Source: Toensbergia leucococca (taxonomy: Eukaryota). Taken from it: a stretch of 57,402 nucleotides of DNA. Made by a program: the position numbers and the translations under genes. The stretch spans positions 62,001 to 119,402 of the forward strand of contig JALDZS010000063.1 in the NCBI GenBank assembly GCA_022813965.1, read 5' to 3'. The stretch's first letter is position 1. Each line of letters starts with the position of its first letter. Shown here in pieces: positions 1-14,200 of the stretch. Below the pieces are notes generated by a model. The model was not told the DNA's origin. It did no database searches and saw nothing but the letters and a program-made list of their open reading frames with translations.

Positions 1-203
1 TTGTGCGCGTCAGAGATTATGTTGCAGGTTTAGGGCCAAAAGAGAGTGTTTGCGTTTTTGTTGGAGCAATGGCCAAAGGAAAGGACGACTTTGCAGATGG
101 TTTCAAAGACGACACTATCAGTATTAGTGAGTACAGTCTGAGTGCTAGCGTCGCCTGCAGTAAATTCTGCCACGCTGCAGAAGATGTCTGGGACATTGTA
201 TAG
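1..203 (+). CDS. EMG1: rRNA small-subunit pseudouridine methyltransferase Nep1/Emg1, 3' end (partial)
   Basis: SPOUT C-terminal signature [13 protein letters not shown]...[25 protein letters not shown]; the gene runs off the window start. Confidence 0.93.
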   Translation, partial: VRVRDYVAGLGPKESVCVFVGAMAKGKDDFADGFKDDTISISEYSLSASVACSKFCHAAEDVWDIV

Positions 204-1198
204 ATACCGCTGGGACCGTGTGGTACCAAATTCCCATCGGAGTCTTGGTCAGAGCTTACAATCTCGAGCCAAGACACTGTAGGTAGGAATCAAAACCGAT
301 TCTAGGGTAGATATTGGGAGTTCACGGCTGCTGCGATCGCAACATCAAAGCTGCTGACTGAATCATCCCAGTCGCACTGAGGCTTTTGGATCACGCTCTG
401 TTTTTTCAACAAGAACACGAAGGTTCAACAGACTCAAGGCGCTCTCCGTCTTTAGTGGAGCACTTCAACTTGCTCCACTATCTCCTTGTCTTGGATTTCT
501 ACGTATTGCGATTTGCTGAGCTAAGATAGCTTGATTTTTCTCATACTGTAACTTCCTCTGGTTGGGCTTCTGGAGGTGCCTAAAAGTTTTCTTGCGATAG
601 TCACATCTAGTCTGGTTCGGCGAGAAAAAGTTACAATGGTCTAGCTATCTCTGAACAAGCCGATTGTACTTGTGCAATCAAAAATATCGTCGAATAATGT
701 ACAGGTATCCATTGGCACTTTGTGTATTTTCCGCAGCGCGAATCTTTATTACTTTAATCACTCCTGGAAGCCATTGAGTCTCGGCCATTGGATGCCTTCT
801 TTCGTTGAGAAAATCACTGATTGGCGAGATGGGCTGACGCCCGATGTATCTTTCCGGGCGTTTCCATCTTAGCTGCAGGTTATGTACGTGGCAAGGAACA
901 CGGATTGGGTCCACCAGATACTTTGCAACGCAGAGAGTAACGTAGCTCTTGACGACAATATCAGGTACCAATTCCATTAGTCTGGGTTGCCCTGCTTTAG
1001 CGTGTTTTACAGGGTATCGATTGTAGGTAGGTAGGACTGCATACCTAGGTAGGTAAAGTGAATACAAGAAAGATCAAAGAACATCCGTTTGTGTCAACCC
1101 ATCTCGCCTCACGACTGTGTTTGCTTTTCACCTCAGCTTGACATCACCTGAAGAGCAGCCTAAAGAGCAGCAACTGCCTCTTCTCCACATCAACTGCA

Positions 1199-2743
1199 AT
1201 GCCTGTTTCGCACATCGGCCTGATCGTTTCCCATCTTCCAACCTCTTGCTCCTTCTTTCTGGAAGCCCTCTCGCCTCTTGGCTATCGGTACATTGGCCAG
1301 CAAGGCAATCAGATCGGATTCGGCGTTCAAACCGCCGACTTTTTCATTTGCCAACAAACTGCAGAGTAATCCATTCCTTATGGACAGATAGAACGCCAGT
1401 CACAGATACTCATCACTTGGTGCAGGTATAAAGCCGGTGCGGCACACGTCGCGTTCACTGCTGCTTCCCGCAGCGTTGTTGATGCCTTCTTTTCCGCTGC
1501 CTTGAAAGCAGGCGGTCGCTCTCACGGTGCGCCTGCTGTTCGCGACCAAGAGACTGGATATTACAGCGCGGCTGTCCTCGACTTTGACGGTAACTCTATC
1601 GAAGTGACCTCTCGTGAAAAAAAGACTGAAATCCCTGAATCCTCAACAATGGGTTCTTCGGAGGGCAGCCGGGTGTTAGAGTGGCAGAAGGATGTCGCAA
1701 AAAGTACAGCTGGCCATCGAGCAGAGGGTGCAAGAAGCACCGCTAGAATAACTGTCAACAATGTTTCGAGGCCCACTGTCGTTGTCTCCCATTCTCAGTC
1801 CGCTCTCAAATCTAGTGGCGATATGAGTACGAAGGCCCTCATCGGCACAATTCTGGGCGCTGCAGCAGGCGCAGCCGTCGCTTACGCCATGACTAAAGGC
1901 GAAGCAGAAAGCTCATACGCATCAGGTTCCACAAGCTTAGTATATCCAGCCATTCAAGCAGCGACTCTTCCACCAGCCCGGTCCGTAGTGATCTCACGAC
2001 ATTCGTACCCTCCACCAGATGGCTCACATGCTTCTCGCACCGTGATACAAGAGATCGATTATCCTCCATTCGCTGATTCCCGCGCCGATCGGAGTACACA
2101 GTCCCCTCGTGTCGCTTCTATTCGCTCGTCTCCGCGAGCGGTCGAAGCTCCACCACTGGCAATATCAAGAAGCACTCTCATTGATACATTCATAGCCCCT
2201 TCTGAAGTCCCGCGCTATCCACCTCCACTCATCACTAGGAGCAACACGGACGGTATGATCAGATCATCTCCTAGTAGCAAAGCTTCTGCGACGTCGCATC
2301 ATCCACATTCGAAAGCCTCGCGTGCTTCTTCTGCCGCAAAGACGATAACTCAAGCGGATCTTATGCCATCAATAAGGTCGTCGCATTCTTCAAAGTTGAC
2401 GGAATTAAGAATTGCAAGAGACTTACCTTTACCTCCGAGTTGCCGAACGAGCGCGATTCCTAGCCGAAGCCAGAGCCCCCGAGATTTAGTCTTGGGGGAG
2501 GAAGAAGTTGGAAGTGTGGCCTGCTCGGTGGCGCCGAGCGATAGCATTAGTCAGGCTGGTTCGAAGAAATCTAAGGGTAGCAAGCGGTCGAGTCGTCTTA
2601 CTGGGAGTGTGTTGGAGGAAAGATCGAGAAAAGTCGATCATGACATGACGAGGAGGAGAGAGAGCGCGATAAGTTTACCAATGAGGCCGGCTAGTAAGGC
2701 GAGTGTGCATCGAAGTGTCACTAGCTTCTTACCAGGGATGTAG
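1199..2743 (+). CDS. Glyoxalase/VOC-domain protein with long Ser/Pro/Arg-rich disordered tail
   Basis: ATG at 1199 (MPVSHIGLIVSHLPTSCSFFLEALSPLGY...). Intron 1366-1425 joins it to AHVAFTAASRSVVDAFFSAALKAGG..HGAP...YYSAAVLDFDGNSIEV, which are typical VOC motifs. Continues in ORF 1502-2743. Confidence 0.85.
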
Positions 2744-3299
2744 GAGACGTCTCTGTTCTCTCTGTTGACCATAGTCCAAATATGACATGAGACCAGTGAG
2801 AAAGGTAGTAAGAGCGGTTCATATGGAACTTAGCAGCAAGCATCAGCATCTATCTGAGTATCCTTTAGAGGATCAACTTCTGAGATTTAATTTACTAGTT
2901 CATCAAGCGGGTTGGGTTGGTCCATCCTGAATTATTCTATTCATTTGATTGTCTTTATGGCCTGCACGTGTCATAGTAGCTACCTGTAGCTGTACCCTAC
3001 AAGGAAATTTGACTGAAGCTTGGGCTGAAGACTGGAAAATACTTCAATTTGTTTTGTTCCATTTGAAGATTGGAGGGAACCTCGGCGAGCGTTAGACGGC
3101 TGTAGAACTATTTATGTACATATTATGGCGGACCCCACCAACCGATGTCGCCGAACAATTTGTGTTCATCCTCTAACGCGGATATTTGGTATGCAGGTGA
3201 GAAGGCATCCAATTTGCAATAGTCTCGACGGCGTTTTATGAGGTATTTTAGGCTTCTGTTTCCAGCATCTAGAATTCAAAACAGTGTCTTGACCGGATT

Positions 3300-4230
3300 C
3301 TCATCTATAGTAATAGATAGCACAGAGTGCTTACACTGTAAGGTATACGCTTATTAGAGAACAGCAAAGCAAAGTAAACAGCAGCAGCCTTCTGCTCATT
3401 AATCTTTCATTTGTTCTTGCCGCAGTCCTTGAGTAGCTTCTTCACAACAGACATATCATGAAGCTTCATCTCTGTCTGACAAAGTGTGAGACATTTCACA
3501 TCTTTAACGTCATCTTTCAGCTCCTTGATCTGATCTTTTAGATAATCTTTCACCTTCTTGATATGATCTTTCAAATAATTTCTTACATACTTGATCTGAT
3601 TCTTGAGAATATCGGCGGTTTCAACAAGTTCAAACGCTGTCAAAGCTGTCAGACACATTAAGTTTGTTAGAAATGACAAGTATGTTAGCAGTGACTATTA
3701 TTACTGTGATAAGAACTTATACTCGGAGCTTGAAAGAATTAAAGCAGTCATTGTAAATTCAGTAGAATTTGAGAAAGATTCTGCAGTGTGATTGTCTGCT
3801 CTGATGCTATCACGGCTGTGGGCTGCTATCTGACTGACTGATTTGCTTGAGTTGGCAAGGTAACGGTTCTCTCAATTTTGCATATCTTTAAGCTCACAGC
3901 CTTAGCATTTTTGTAATGATGATGAGAGAATAAGCAAAAGCTATTGACTTTGTGAGATTCCTTTATATAAGCGTTTTGTGTGTTGAAGAGAGAAGAATTC
4001 AGAGACTGAAGAGAAATATTGTATGAATATGCATATGTATATGTGTATGTGTTTGTATATATAGAAGATAACGTAAAGGAGAGTAGATGATAGAGATAGG
4101 TAAGAGTCACGATGTGTAAAAGAGATGAAATGAAGGGATTTGAACAGTGTACGTGTCAATATATGATCTGGATCATTAGAAGAGAATCTGATTTACATTA
4201 GCTTGATGACAGCCAAGAATAACTATTGAT
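3300..4230 (-). pseudogene. AT-rich decayed (RIP-like) segment containing a small coiled-coil ORF remnant (3407-3679)
   Basis: Abrupt rise in AT content relative to the flanks, a TA/TG-rich tract near 4020-4065, and imperfect 33-nt repeats encoding LKNQIK../LKDHIK../LKDQIK.. Boundaries are approximate. Confidence 0.45.
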
Positions 4231-4621
4231 ACCTGTTCAACGGGCATCAAGTTGTGTGATGAATGATTGCTTGATGAAGATTGAGATAGAGAAATGGAGG
4301 TAAGAGCAGGCGGCATGATGAAATGCTCATTGAGGCTAGCCAAATGCAGCACGCTTTACCCCACGAAGTAAGGTAATTCACCTGCACACAGACCAAGGTA
4401 CGCGCTGCCTTTTCCGAAGCACCTCATGCCTGAGTTTGCCATTCACCAGAACTCGTTCTTCTGTATTGTATCTAATCATTGAACTATGACCTAAGGAACA
4501 AGTTGTAAACCAATGACTAACAAGCCTTTGTGCCACTTTGGCTAATTTCATGCTCATGACTTCACCCATGAGCTACTCATTGTGTGGAATATAATGTTTC
4601 ACTAAATCTTGTCTCGTCGAT

Positions 4622-7600
4622 ATGGATCCATCTGTACAGCGCTTACTGAACGATAAGCTCTACGATAAGAGAAAGCAGGGAGCACTCGAGTAAGTACGCT
4701 CGTCGGGCCCGGGATCCATATGCTAATCTATTCCCCCAGCTTGGAGAGAGTCGTGCGAGAAGCCAGCGCTAATCGTGAGTACGAGAGGATAGCCAAGATC
4801 GTTGATCAGCTTTGCCACGACTACGCCTATGCTGTCCACCAGCCGCATGCTAGAAATGGAGGACTGATAGGTTTGGCTGCAGCCTCAATTGCCTTGGGAC
4901 CGGCATGGACCACAATTGCCCCCTCTCCACGCCTGTTCGCTGATTGTATCGTAGGAGGAAGTAGCTCGATACTTGAAGGAAATAGTTCCCCCGGTGTTGG
5001 CCTGCTTCACCGATCAAGATGCGAGGGTCAGATACTATGCATGTGAGAGCATGTATAATATTGCCAAGGTTGCAAAGGGCGAGATTTTGATGTTTTTCAA
5101 TGATGTCTTTGATGCTCTTTGCAAGGTGCAACATCCTTGGTGTGCTTTGAGCTTCCTTGACTAATATTTCGAGTAGCTTGCCGCTGACTCGGAGTTGTCC
5201 GTAAAGAACGGTGCAGAACTCCTAGATCGGCTCGTTAAAGACATTGTATCTGAATCTGCCGCAACATATGTGTCGGTTCTTCAATCGCCCAAAGAAGACC
5301 TGTTAGAGCTGAATTCGGATAGAGATTCTGCTAGCTCGTCTCTTGATCTACCAACGGCGTTCTCGCTTGCTAAATTCATACCCCTTCTTCAGGAGCGTAT
5401 TCATGTTATAAATCCTTTTACTCGTACCTTTCTTGTATCATGGGTCACTCTATTAGATACCATTCCGGACTTGGAACTCGTCTTCTATTTGCCTGCCTTT
5501 CTCGGAGGGCTATTTAAATTTCTCAGTGATCCGAATAGAGATGTGCATGTCGCAACGCAAGGAGCTCTTGAAAGGTTCCTCAACGAAATCAAAAAGATCG
5601 CTAGGATCAAACGTGGCATAGCCGAGAGTCGGAGGGGTCAGATCGATGGCAGAGCGAAGCCTTCTAATTCAAGCGACAGCGCCAGTGTTCATACGGATCA
5701 AAGCACGCTGAATGAGAAATCTGACAATGCTGACGTCGATCTGGATTCCGCAATTGCTATAGACGGCCAAGATGGTAATACAGACGGTGACTGGGTACCG
5801 GGGCAAGATGTGCAGGTTGATCATTCAAAGATTCTAGAGATTCTGGTAGCTTTCCTTGATTCATCTTCAGGTCTGGAGCCTCCAGCTGGGAGATTGTGCA
5901 ATCACATTGCTAATCCCTTGCGTAGAGGAGGAAATCCAGCTGACTGCTCTCCGATGGATTGACAGCTTTTTCGAGATTTGTCCAGAAAATATTCTTGCCT
6001 TCGTCCCTCGACTTTTATCGCAAGTTCTGCCTGCTATGGCAAGCGGTGTGGATCAAGTACGGCAGGCTGCAAATCGCGTTAACAATTCTTTAATGGAATA
6101 CATCGTTTCTTTACCGGATGAGGCCATCACTGAGGACAGTCGGCCAGGACCACCCTCAAGGATACCTACAACCGCTCTGAAGGACCCTGACATTAGAGTG
6201 AGGCGTGCTTCTACGCCCACGACCAGGATACCACCAACCACTGACCAGGAAGTGGATGGGAAGAAAGACGATGAGCCCTCACTGCCGACGCCGCCGTCCT
6301 CTGCATCGCTCACTGCACCAAAACCTGTTTCAGACCTCGATTATACAGCAGCTGTTGGTGCCTTGACTTTGCATTTTCTGAACGAGCATGAGGCCACTAG
6401 AGTAGCGGCTCTCGCATGGCTTATCATGCTGCACCGGAGAGCTCCACGTAAAGTCCTAGCTACTAACGATGGGACATTTCCTGCACTTCTCAAGACCTTA
6501 TCAGACCCCGCAGAAGCAGTTGTTACTCGCGATCTGCAATTACTCTCACAGATATCTAAAAATAGCGAGGATGGCTATTTTACATCCTTCATGATAAACT
6601 TGTTGCAGTTGTTCTGTACCGATCGAAGACTTCTTGAGACAAGAGGAAATCTGATAATTCGACAGCTGTGTGTTAATTTGAGTCCAGAAAGGATATATCG
6701 GCAATTAGCAGATTGTCTGGAAAAGGATGAGGTAGGTTGTGGATGGCTGCCTGAGTCTGCCAAAGTTGACAAGCCATGTAGGACGTCGAATTCGCAAGTA
6801 TCATGGTCCAGAATCTGAACAACAACCTTATCACAGCGCCCGAATTGGCTGAGCTGCGAAAACGGCTAAGAAATCTCGAGACGAGGGTGAGCCGTCAAGT
6901 CCTGAGGTATACGAAGGATGTCAGCTGATACAAGTAGGACGGTCAAACCTTTTTCGTGGCTCTGTTTAGATCTTGGTGCTACAATGCAGTGGCAACTTTT
7001 TCATTATGTCTACTTGCTCAAGCCTATGAGCAAGCATACAATCTTCTCCAGATCTTGTAGGTGGCTCCTGCTGATGTGCTAATAAGTACAGCTAACACCT
7101 ACAGCGCGGAGCTAGAAATGACTGTGAACATGCTTATTCAGATCGACAAGCTTGTGCAACTACTAGAATCTCCAGTCTTCACCTGTAAAAACCTCAGTAT
7201 TTCCAGTGTTGTTCTGCCACTAAGATGCAATAGATCTTCGGCTTCAGCTACTTGAACCCGAAAAATATCCTCATTTATACAAGTGCCTTTATGGTCTTCT
7301 CATGTTGCTGCCTCAGTCTTCTGCGTTTGCAGCGCTGAAGAATCGTCTGAACAGCGTTAGCGCCATAGGGTACCTTCACATTGCACCGCGACCGTACGTA
7401 GTCTGAATACCTCCTCCTGTTCTTTCTCTTTGCCTGAAAAGTATCAAGGCTTACCTTGGTAGCACTCCTGCAACTCCGACAACGGCTTTTGATAGACCGA
7501 ATCGGCTTAAGGCTAGGGAGGATGGTGTGATCAGATGGGTGGAGCTTCTGGAGAAGTTCAAAAGTGTACAAGAAAAGGCAAGGAGAGCACATAGACAGCA

Positions 7601-7820
7601 CAATCAGGAAGAGGACACTACAACAGGGATCAATGGCGTTGTTGGGGCTAGCAGAGACAAAACATTGCCCGACGTGCCGAAGCAACCTACCAGACCATCG
7701 AGCGCGGGAAGTACGACGCAAAGACCTCCCCCGACTGCGCCTTTACACAAACCAAAATCGAGTCTTGGAAACTTTGGAAGGCTGACCGGCGGAGTCGGCG
7801 GAAGAAAGACGAAGAAATGA
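4622..7820 (+). CDS. VAC14: Vacuole morphology / PI(3,5)P2 scaffold protein Vac14 (HEAT repeats), multi-exon
   Basis: [22 protein letters not shown]..., [83 protein letters not shown]. About 10 introns. Confidence 0.97.
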
Positions 7821-8411
7821 GTACCCTTTGGTGCAGTTTGACCAGATGTCTCCAGGTGTCTTTAGTGGACGAATACCTAGGTGTGACGGCATATATGTAT
7901 GCACAGTGCTGTACATTCCAAAGGCGTTGGCCGGGTGTAGAATCTGTTTGAGCCCCTGGGCCAACGTGCCGTATTCTAGTAACAACCTATTAAACAATGC
8001 CCAAGCGACATTGAATATGATGTTGATGGCAACGTAAAAGATGTGTCTATAACGTGTCACGCAAAAACATCCTACGACCCTAGCCACGCTCCGCCGCAAA
8101 TTTAGAGTAGAGGAGCGAGCTCACCCAAAGGTATTGTGTCATGGCTCCTCTCGGGTTCAGCCTCATATCTCAGCCTTGGAACCAGACAATCTGTTATGCT
8201 ACATCCAATCTATCATCACTCTCTCACCATATTCTTTCGAGAAACCGCCTTTACTTCAATCTACTAGCTACTCATAGGCAGCACGTTTCGAGACCTCGCC
8301 TTGTTACTTACCGCCCTCAAAATCTTCTGGATTCAATTGGGTCAGGTCCAGATAGACCTTCAACGAAGGGCTTAGGGAGCCATCCATACCCCCCTAGCTT
8401 GCTACTAGTAA

Positions 8412-10367
8412 ATGATGGCGCCTTTGAAATTCAATGACGTCTCGCTGGATGTGAAGAGAATGATATTGGGCTACGTAAGGAGTCTTTTGTGACCATGGAA
8501 TCTCGAAGGCAAAATTGCTGACTTGAGTGAGGCAGATAATACGGCCAACGGACCTCAAATCACTCTGCCTAGCATGCAAAGAGCTTCGAGATCTCGCAAC
8601 CCCCAGTCTGTATCGAAGGGTGTCCCTGTTCGTTGGAGGCCAGAAAGACATGCGCCTCAGTGCCTTCCTTGGCCGAGACAACCCAGGCGTGCAACACGTT
8701 CGGGAGATATATCTACGTTTAGAGAAGACTACGATTCCAAACAAACATCGACGACATTATCCGGACGACTCCTCCGAAGATGAGGATATTGAGGAGGAAG
8801 TCATAGTTGCGGCTCGCCAGGCCCAATTCACGGTGCGCTTGTTACTTGACTTTCTACCACCCAATATACTTGAAGTCTTCAGGTACGTGAGCTTGGACAT
8901 TAGGTGACCAAGCATATCTCTGAAAGTGTAATAAACACAGTCTTACATCAAGGCATATACATCCAAGTATGGCGACCGCGAAACTGACATTTCTATAGCT
9001 GGCAGAGCTGGGAACCATTCTCGGTTGACAATTGGTTGAGGCTATGTGAAAAGCAACAGGGCTTAAGAGCAGTAGAGATCGGGCCAATGGACCGTCTGCT
9101 CGCACCTGTACTGGAAAGTAGGATGGACGTTTACAAGAACTTCAAGAACATGACAAGTCTAGACATATATCCTGATACACGTGATAGGCTGAAGGCCTGT
9201 CAAATGTTGCTCGAGGCCAATCCCAGCCTCGAGAACTTGTGTCTCGCCTCGGGGTTCGAATATTCAGACGAAGAGCCAGATGACCTCCATGACTTGAGTA
9301 CTCGGGCTGGACTTTTGAGCAGAACTCTCTTTAGCCATATGCAACCGTTCGAAAGCTGCACACCTATGGTTTTGAGGGACCTCAGTATGGATAAGATTGA
9401 ATTGCGGTATGCTGCAGACACTTATTTAAAGGTCATCAAGTTTAGCAGCTTGGAGATCTTAGAAATCCGTGACTGTGCTGGTGCAGATGCTGTATTTGCG
9501 CAACTGAGCAAGCCGCATCTCCGTCCGTCGAAACTCAAGAGTCTACGATGGATGCATGAAGACTCAAGTGAGCCCTATGCACTCGCAGCTTTCGAAGGTC
9601 TCCTTGAGGCTTTGTCAGGCCTGAAAATCTTACACATAGATATCAACCACATGGATGCACTACCGAAAGTCGCAGCATTGACCCACCACGGCAAAACCCT
9701 CACTTCCCTTAGCGTTCACAGTCAATCTTCCAGCACCGAGGTCCACAATTATGAGAACACAGACTACGGCGAAATCTGTAACGAGTGTACAGAGTTGCGG
9801 CAACTGTCAGTAATCTTCCCAAGCACTACTGTCGCTCACGCAGATCCGAGTCCTGACTTTAAGACGTTTTTGGTATGTACCTGAACATGGAAAAGCCCGA
9901 GACGGAATGTTGACTGACCTGATTCTCAGATCAACACGCACAAATTACGCTATCTCAGCACTCTGAACATAAGGCGCTGGCCAGCGACACGAGAATCCTT
10001 TGTCGGTTCTTATAGTAGATTGATCCCCACATCTCTCGATCTGTATGAGCATCAGCTTCAACGAATGGCACAACGGATCTTCGAAGCTTCTGATGAGCGT
10101 GCGCAAGAAGACGGATACGGGCTAGGGACACGATCGATGCTCTCTGTGATTGCTTTTGGTGGAAATGGGAAGTCATTGTACGAGGGCGGGGGCAAAGTCA
10201 GATTGAAACAGATACCGTTTGTGCGAGGACTGAAAATGGATCCGTTTGAACAACGGTCTATGATGGCAGTGAAGACTTCATGGCGGATGGTACAATTTGT
10301 GGAGGCGGATTCGGATATTCTGAACCACTCCCTCTATGATCTGCATGATGTTCATAATGGGCCTTGA
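8412..10367 (+). CDS. F-box-like / leucine-rich (RNI-like) fungal protein
   Basis: Exon 1 MMAPLKFNDVSLDVKRMILGY, then an intron, then IIRPTDLKSLCLACKELRDLATPSLYR (F-box-like). Downstream exons have LxxLxL periodicity (ORFs 8527-8907, 9036-9884, 10020-10367). Confidence 0.75.
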
Positions 10368-11227
10368 GAAGGTTGGAATTAAGGGAATGTGGATTTCTGG
10401 GTGGTTTACTACCGGTTCGGTCGTTAGATGTCTTGGTTAGCCAGCAGCATTATGGCGTTTTACTTCGTACCGTATGTAAGATACCCAATTCCCGTAAGCC
10501 TTGAATTTGGCTTTTCTATCAATGATGCTGTAAAAGATGAAAAATGTAGGACTGTGACTTGTCAAAGTGCTGAAGAGAAACACTCCTCGACGCTGGCTCG
10601 CTGGTCTGCAGTGGTACTTTTACGCATTCTAGTTGATTGGCTCGGTTATTACGTCACGCTGCACGACGTCAAGAGGAGTCAAGCAGTCACAGTGAGAGTG
10701 AAGCCTAACCTGCCTCTATCTTTGTCAGTTAAGGTAACATACCTTACTTTTAAACATGTCTAATCCGAACTCTTCTCCGTCTCTTGAGAAAAAGTGCAGC
10801 ACTTCTTTACTCTGTTTAAGGGTAGTAGGAGCCGCAGCCTGTGAAAAGGAACCTGGCCCAGCCTTCGCCGAGACCATGACTTGCACCCTAGCCTCCCATG
10901 TCGTCGCTTCTTCTGAACCAAAGACATGGCTGCCCTTCCTTTTTCGCAGTCTCCGAATCAGTGACTTGCTTTTAGTGAGCTGGATGCTCGTTCAACTTGT
11001 ACACATTCCACTCTCGTTTTGCTTGGATAAATTTAGCGCCATTTCCATTTCAATTGTCAACACCAGTCCACCACTGGATGCTTTGCGCGACTAACGCGCC
11101 GTTCCTCCGCCCAGCACATGTGATCTTGTACATTAAACCTTTTCGTATGATTTCTTGGAAATGACTGGCCAGCACGCGCTTGCTATACAATATTTTGATC
11201 AAATTGACCACGACTTGAACATCAAGG

Positions 11228-14200
11228 ATGCCACCACAATTGACTTCTGGTAAGCAACTCTCGAAATCAGTCACATTTCCGAAATAACACTGCCCTCCAC
11301 TCTGAATCTACCAGTACCGAGGCAGTCATGCATCCCAATGTCTATGGCAGCATAATCCACGCGCTTAGCTAACATGATCTGTCAGGTTCCGAGGATGGCG
11401 ATTCTACACTCATGGGACCTTCATGGCATAGAGAGGGTGCCGACGAAGCAACAAATGCTCCAGCACTACGCAACAAGAAGAGAAAGCGGTCTAATGATAC
11501 TGATGATGGCGAGGCAGACAGCCGAGCCGATGAGCTCGCCGTGGATGGCCAAACTTTTGAGATGGCCAAAGTCTCAGAGAAAAAACGCAGGACGATGTAT
11601 CTACAGAATGTTCATATACCAGACTTAGTCCACCCAAAGTCTGCCTTCCTAGGCACAACGCCACCACTCTCGTTGAGTTCAGAGAGACAAGTATTACGGG
11701 AGATACTGGTAAATTCTAAATCGGAGCTCCATGAGGGAGTCTTCATGGATTCGAGCTGACTTTTGAAAGTCAAAAAAAAAAGCACGCGCGGAGTTTAAGA
11801 CTTCATTTTCTGGTGAGATGTTTACTAGTGTAGGTCTGGATTGCTTTAGTGTCTATCGCCCACATAACTCGCGAAAGATGCAGCACAACAAGAGTAGACC
11901 AGCCGAAAAGGACGGCCAAGTCTTCCAACAGCAGCTTCTAGAATTCGAGCTTTCCAACGAGCTCGCATCTTTACATGATTTGTTTTGTACCAGAGCAACT
12001 AATGACCTCTTCTTTGACGGAGTCATCTGCTTTGGCCAAGAACGTAGATACGTGCAGGGAGTGCCGTTTCGGACGCTGTCCATCGGAGGCTACGAAGACA
12101 CCGAACTGCATACTGTAAGGCCCTATATATGGATCCAATCGAACTTTGGCAAGGAGATGGAGATATGGTATAGATTCGAGACACCATCGGCTGAATATCG
12201 TCGTTATTATGAACCATTTCTTTGGGTGGCAGACTTCGCTAAGCACGTCATCGACTATCTCCACGAGAACAGAGACGTGGCTCTATTGAATTTCCGAGAA
12301 CATTTTCACACTTGGCTGCAAGAATATCATGGTATAGACTACTCATTTCAGCGATGGCTTGCTTTGTACTCCGGCCACGATTTTCGCCGCGCAATTGCGG
12401 CCCACTCAACGTTTATATTGAAAGAGGCTCTGCAATTATCAGACAATTATGAGTCGCATTTACTATGGCGTGAGGTAGATCCTGCGTCTCTCATGGCTGT
12501 TCCTGAACAGCCGAGACTGGAGCACCTTGCCTTAGTTGAAGAAAAGACTGGCATGAGTGGGAAGACTGTTGTTACTGAAAAGACTGTGGTGACCCCCTTT
12601 GTGTTCCATTGCTTCAAGCACATGCAACTAAAGGAAATACCATGGGCACCTGTACTCGACCCACAATATCCGTCAATGTCTGTGTTACAAGCCTCACAAA
12701 AGAAGAAGGCGGAGATGAAACTCTCTATCGATCTCCGACGTGGCAGTACCAACCAACAGAGTTTCACATCATTACCCTCTGACTTCCAACTAGGCAGAGC
12801 CTCTAAAGCTGGGACAATTCGTGTGGGGGATGTGGTAGAACTTCGGAGCGACGAAGATTCCCGTTGGAAGAGTAGTCATATGATGATGTATGCTTATGTA
12901 CAAGGCATCAAGTCGTCCAAGAGAGGCCAGGTATTGAAGGTCATATGGTTTTACCGCCCAAATGAAACAACATGTTTGAATATGGATTACCCTTTCGCAA
13001 ATGAGCTGTTTCTCTCAGATCATTGCAATTGCGACAGCCCGCCGATACCGATTGAGGAGGTTGTTCGCAAAGTTCGAACTGATTTTTTCAAGGGGCCTTA
13101 CAATACTTCTGCAGAATTTTTCGTCCGCCAAAAGTATGTCTCTACCGATGCAGCTTTTGTTACGTTGCAAGATTCAGATTTCAACTGCAATTGCGAAGAA
13201 CCTGACAAGATCGATGATTATTTGGTTGGCGATACTTTGCTCGTCAGAAAGTCCGAAGCATTGGAACCAGTTGTTCTCGTGGGATACGCACCGAATGGAT
13301 TCACCACCATGGCACGAGTCAGATGTCTATTACAAAGAGCTAGCTACTATGGCCATAATGACGCTGATCCTAACGAGCTTGTATACACAAACAGATATGA
13401 GAACGTTGTTCTCAAGGATATATTTCGACGATGCAATGTTCGATTTTACAGTATGGAGGAAAAGGTACAAAATAGAATACCTGCACCATACTGTAGGCGT
13501 GGTACAGCTGACGCCTACTACATCATCTTCGAAGAATCTGAAACTCCTGACACTGGGCTCCGCCGTTTGCAGAAACCTGCCGCCTTGAACCAAGGTCCTG
13601 ACTATGCGGCCGTGCCAGTCCAACAGAAGATGAAAGGTATGGATATCTTCTGCGGTGGAGGTAACTTTGGGCGTGGACTTCAGGAATGTGGGGCAGTTAT
13701 AAATAAGTGGGCTATTGACTGGTATAAGGAAGCAATGCACACATACCGAGCTAATCATGATGATCCTGACAACGTCAAGCTGTTCTTCGGATCCGTCAAC
13801 AGTTACTTGAGTCAAGCGATGCGTGGGTCAGCCAATGAGCTAATAGCACCTGTTGGCGATGTTGATATGATAGCCGCTGGAAGTCCATGTCAGGGATTTT
13901 CAGTAGCAAATCAGCAAAAGGGCAGCGAGAAATCTCGCCGCGAGGTCTCAATGGTCGCGTCGGTGGTTTCATATGTGGATTTGTACAGCCCTAAATATGC
14001 ATTGCTTGAAAATGTGAAGAACATGGCTACCAATTGTGGGACTAAGGAGAAAGAGAAGAACGTCTTCTCCCAGGCAATCTGTGCCTTGGTTGGAATGGGT
14101 TATCAGGTACGACAATTCAACCTCGATGCATGGAATTTCGGTAGTCCGCAAAGCCGGTCAAGGCTTTTCATCTCCATTGCGGCCCCAGGATTGGTACCGA

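Noticed and set aside
11740..11840. Apparent stop, hairpin (tgacttt-tg-aaagtca) and A10 run interrupting DIM-2, suggesting an insertion or frameshift
   Set aside because: An ordinary intron at 11709-11769 (gtaaat...gctgac..aag) removes the stop and joins REIL|SKKKARAEF in frame with the long ORF.
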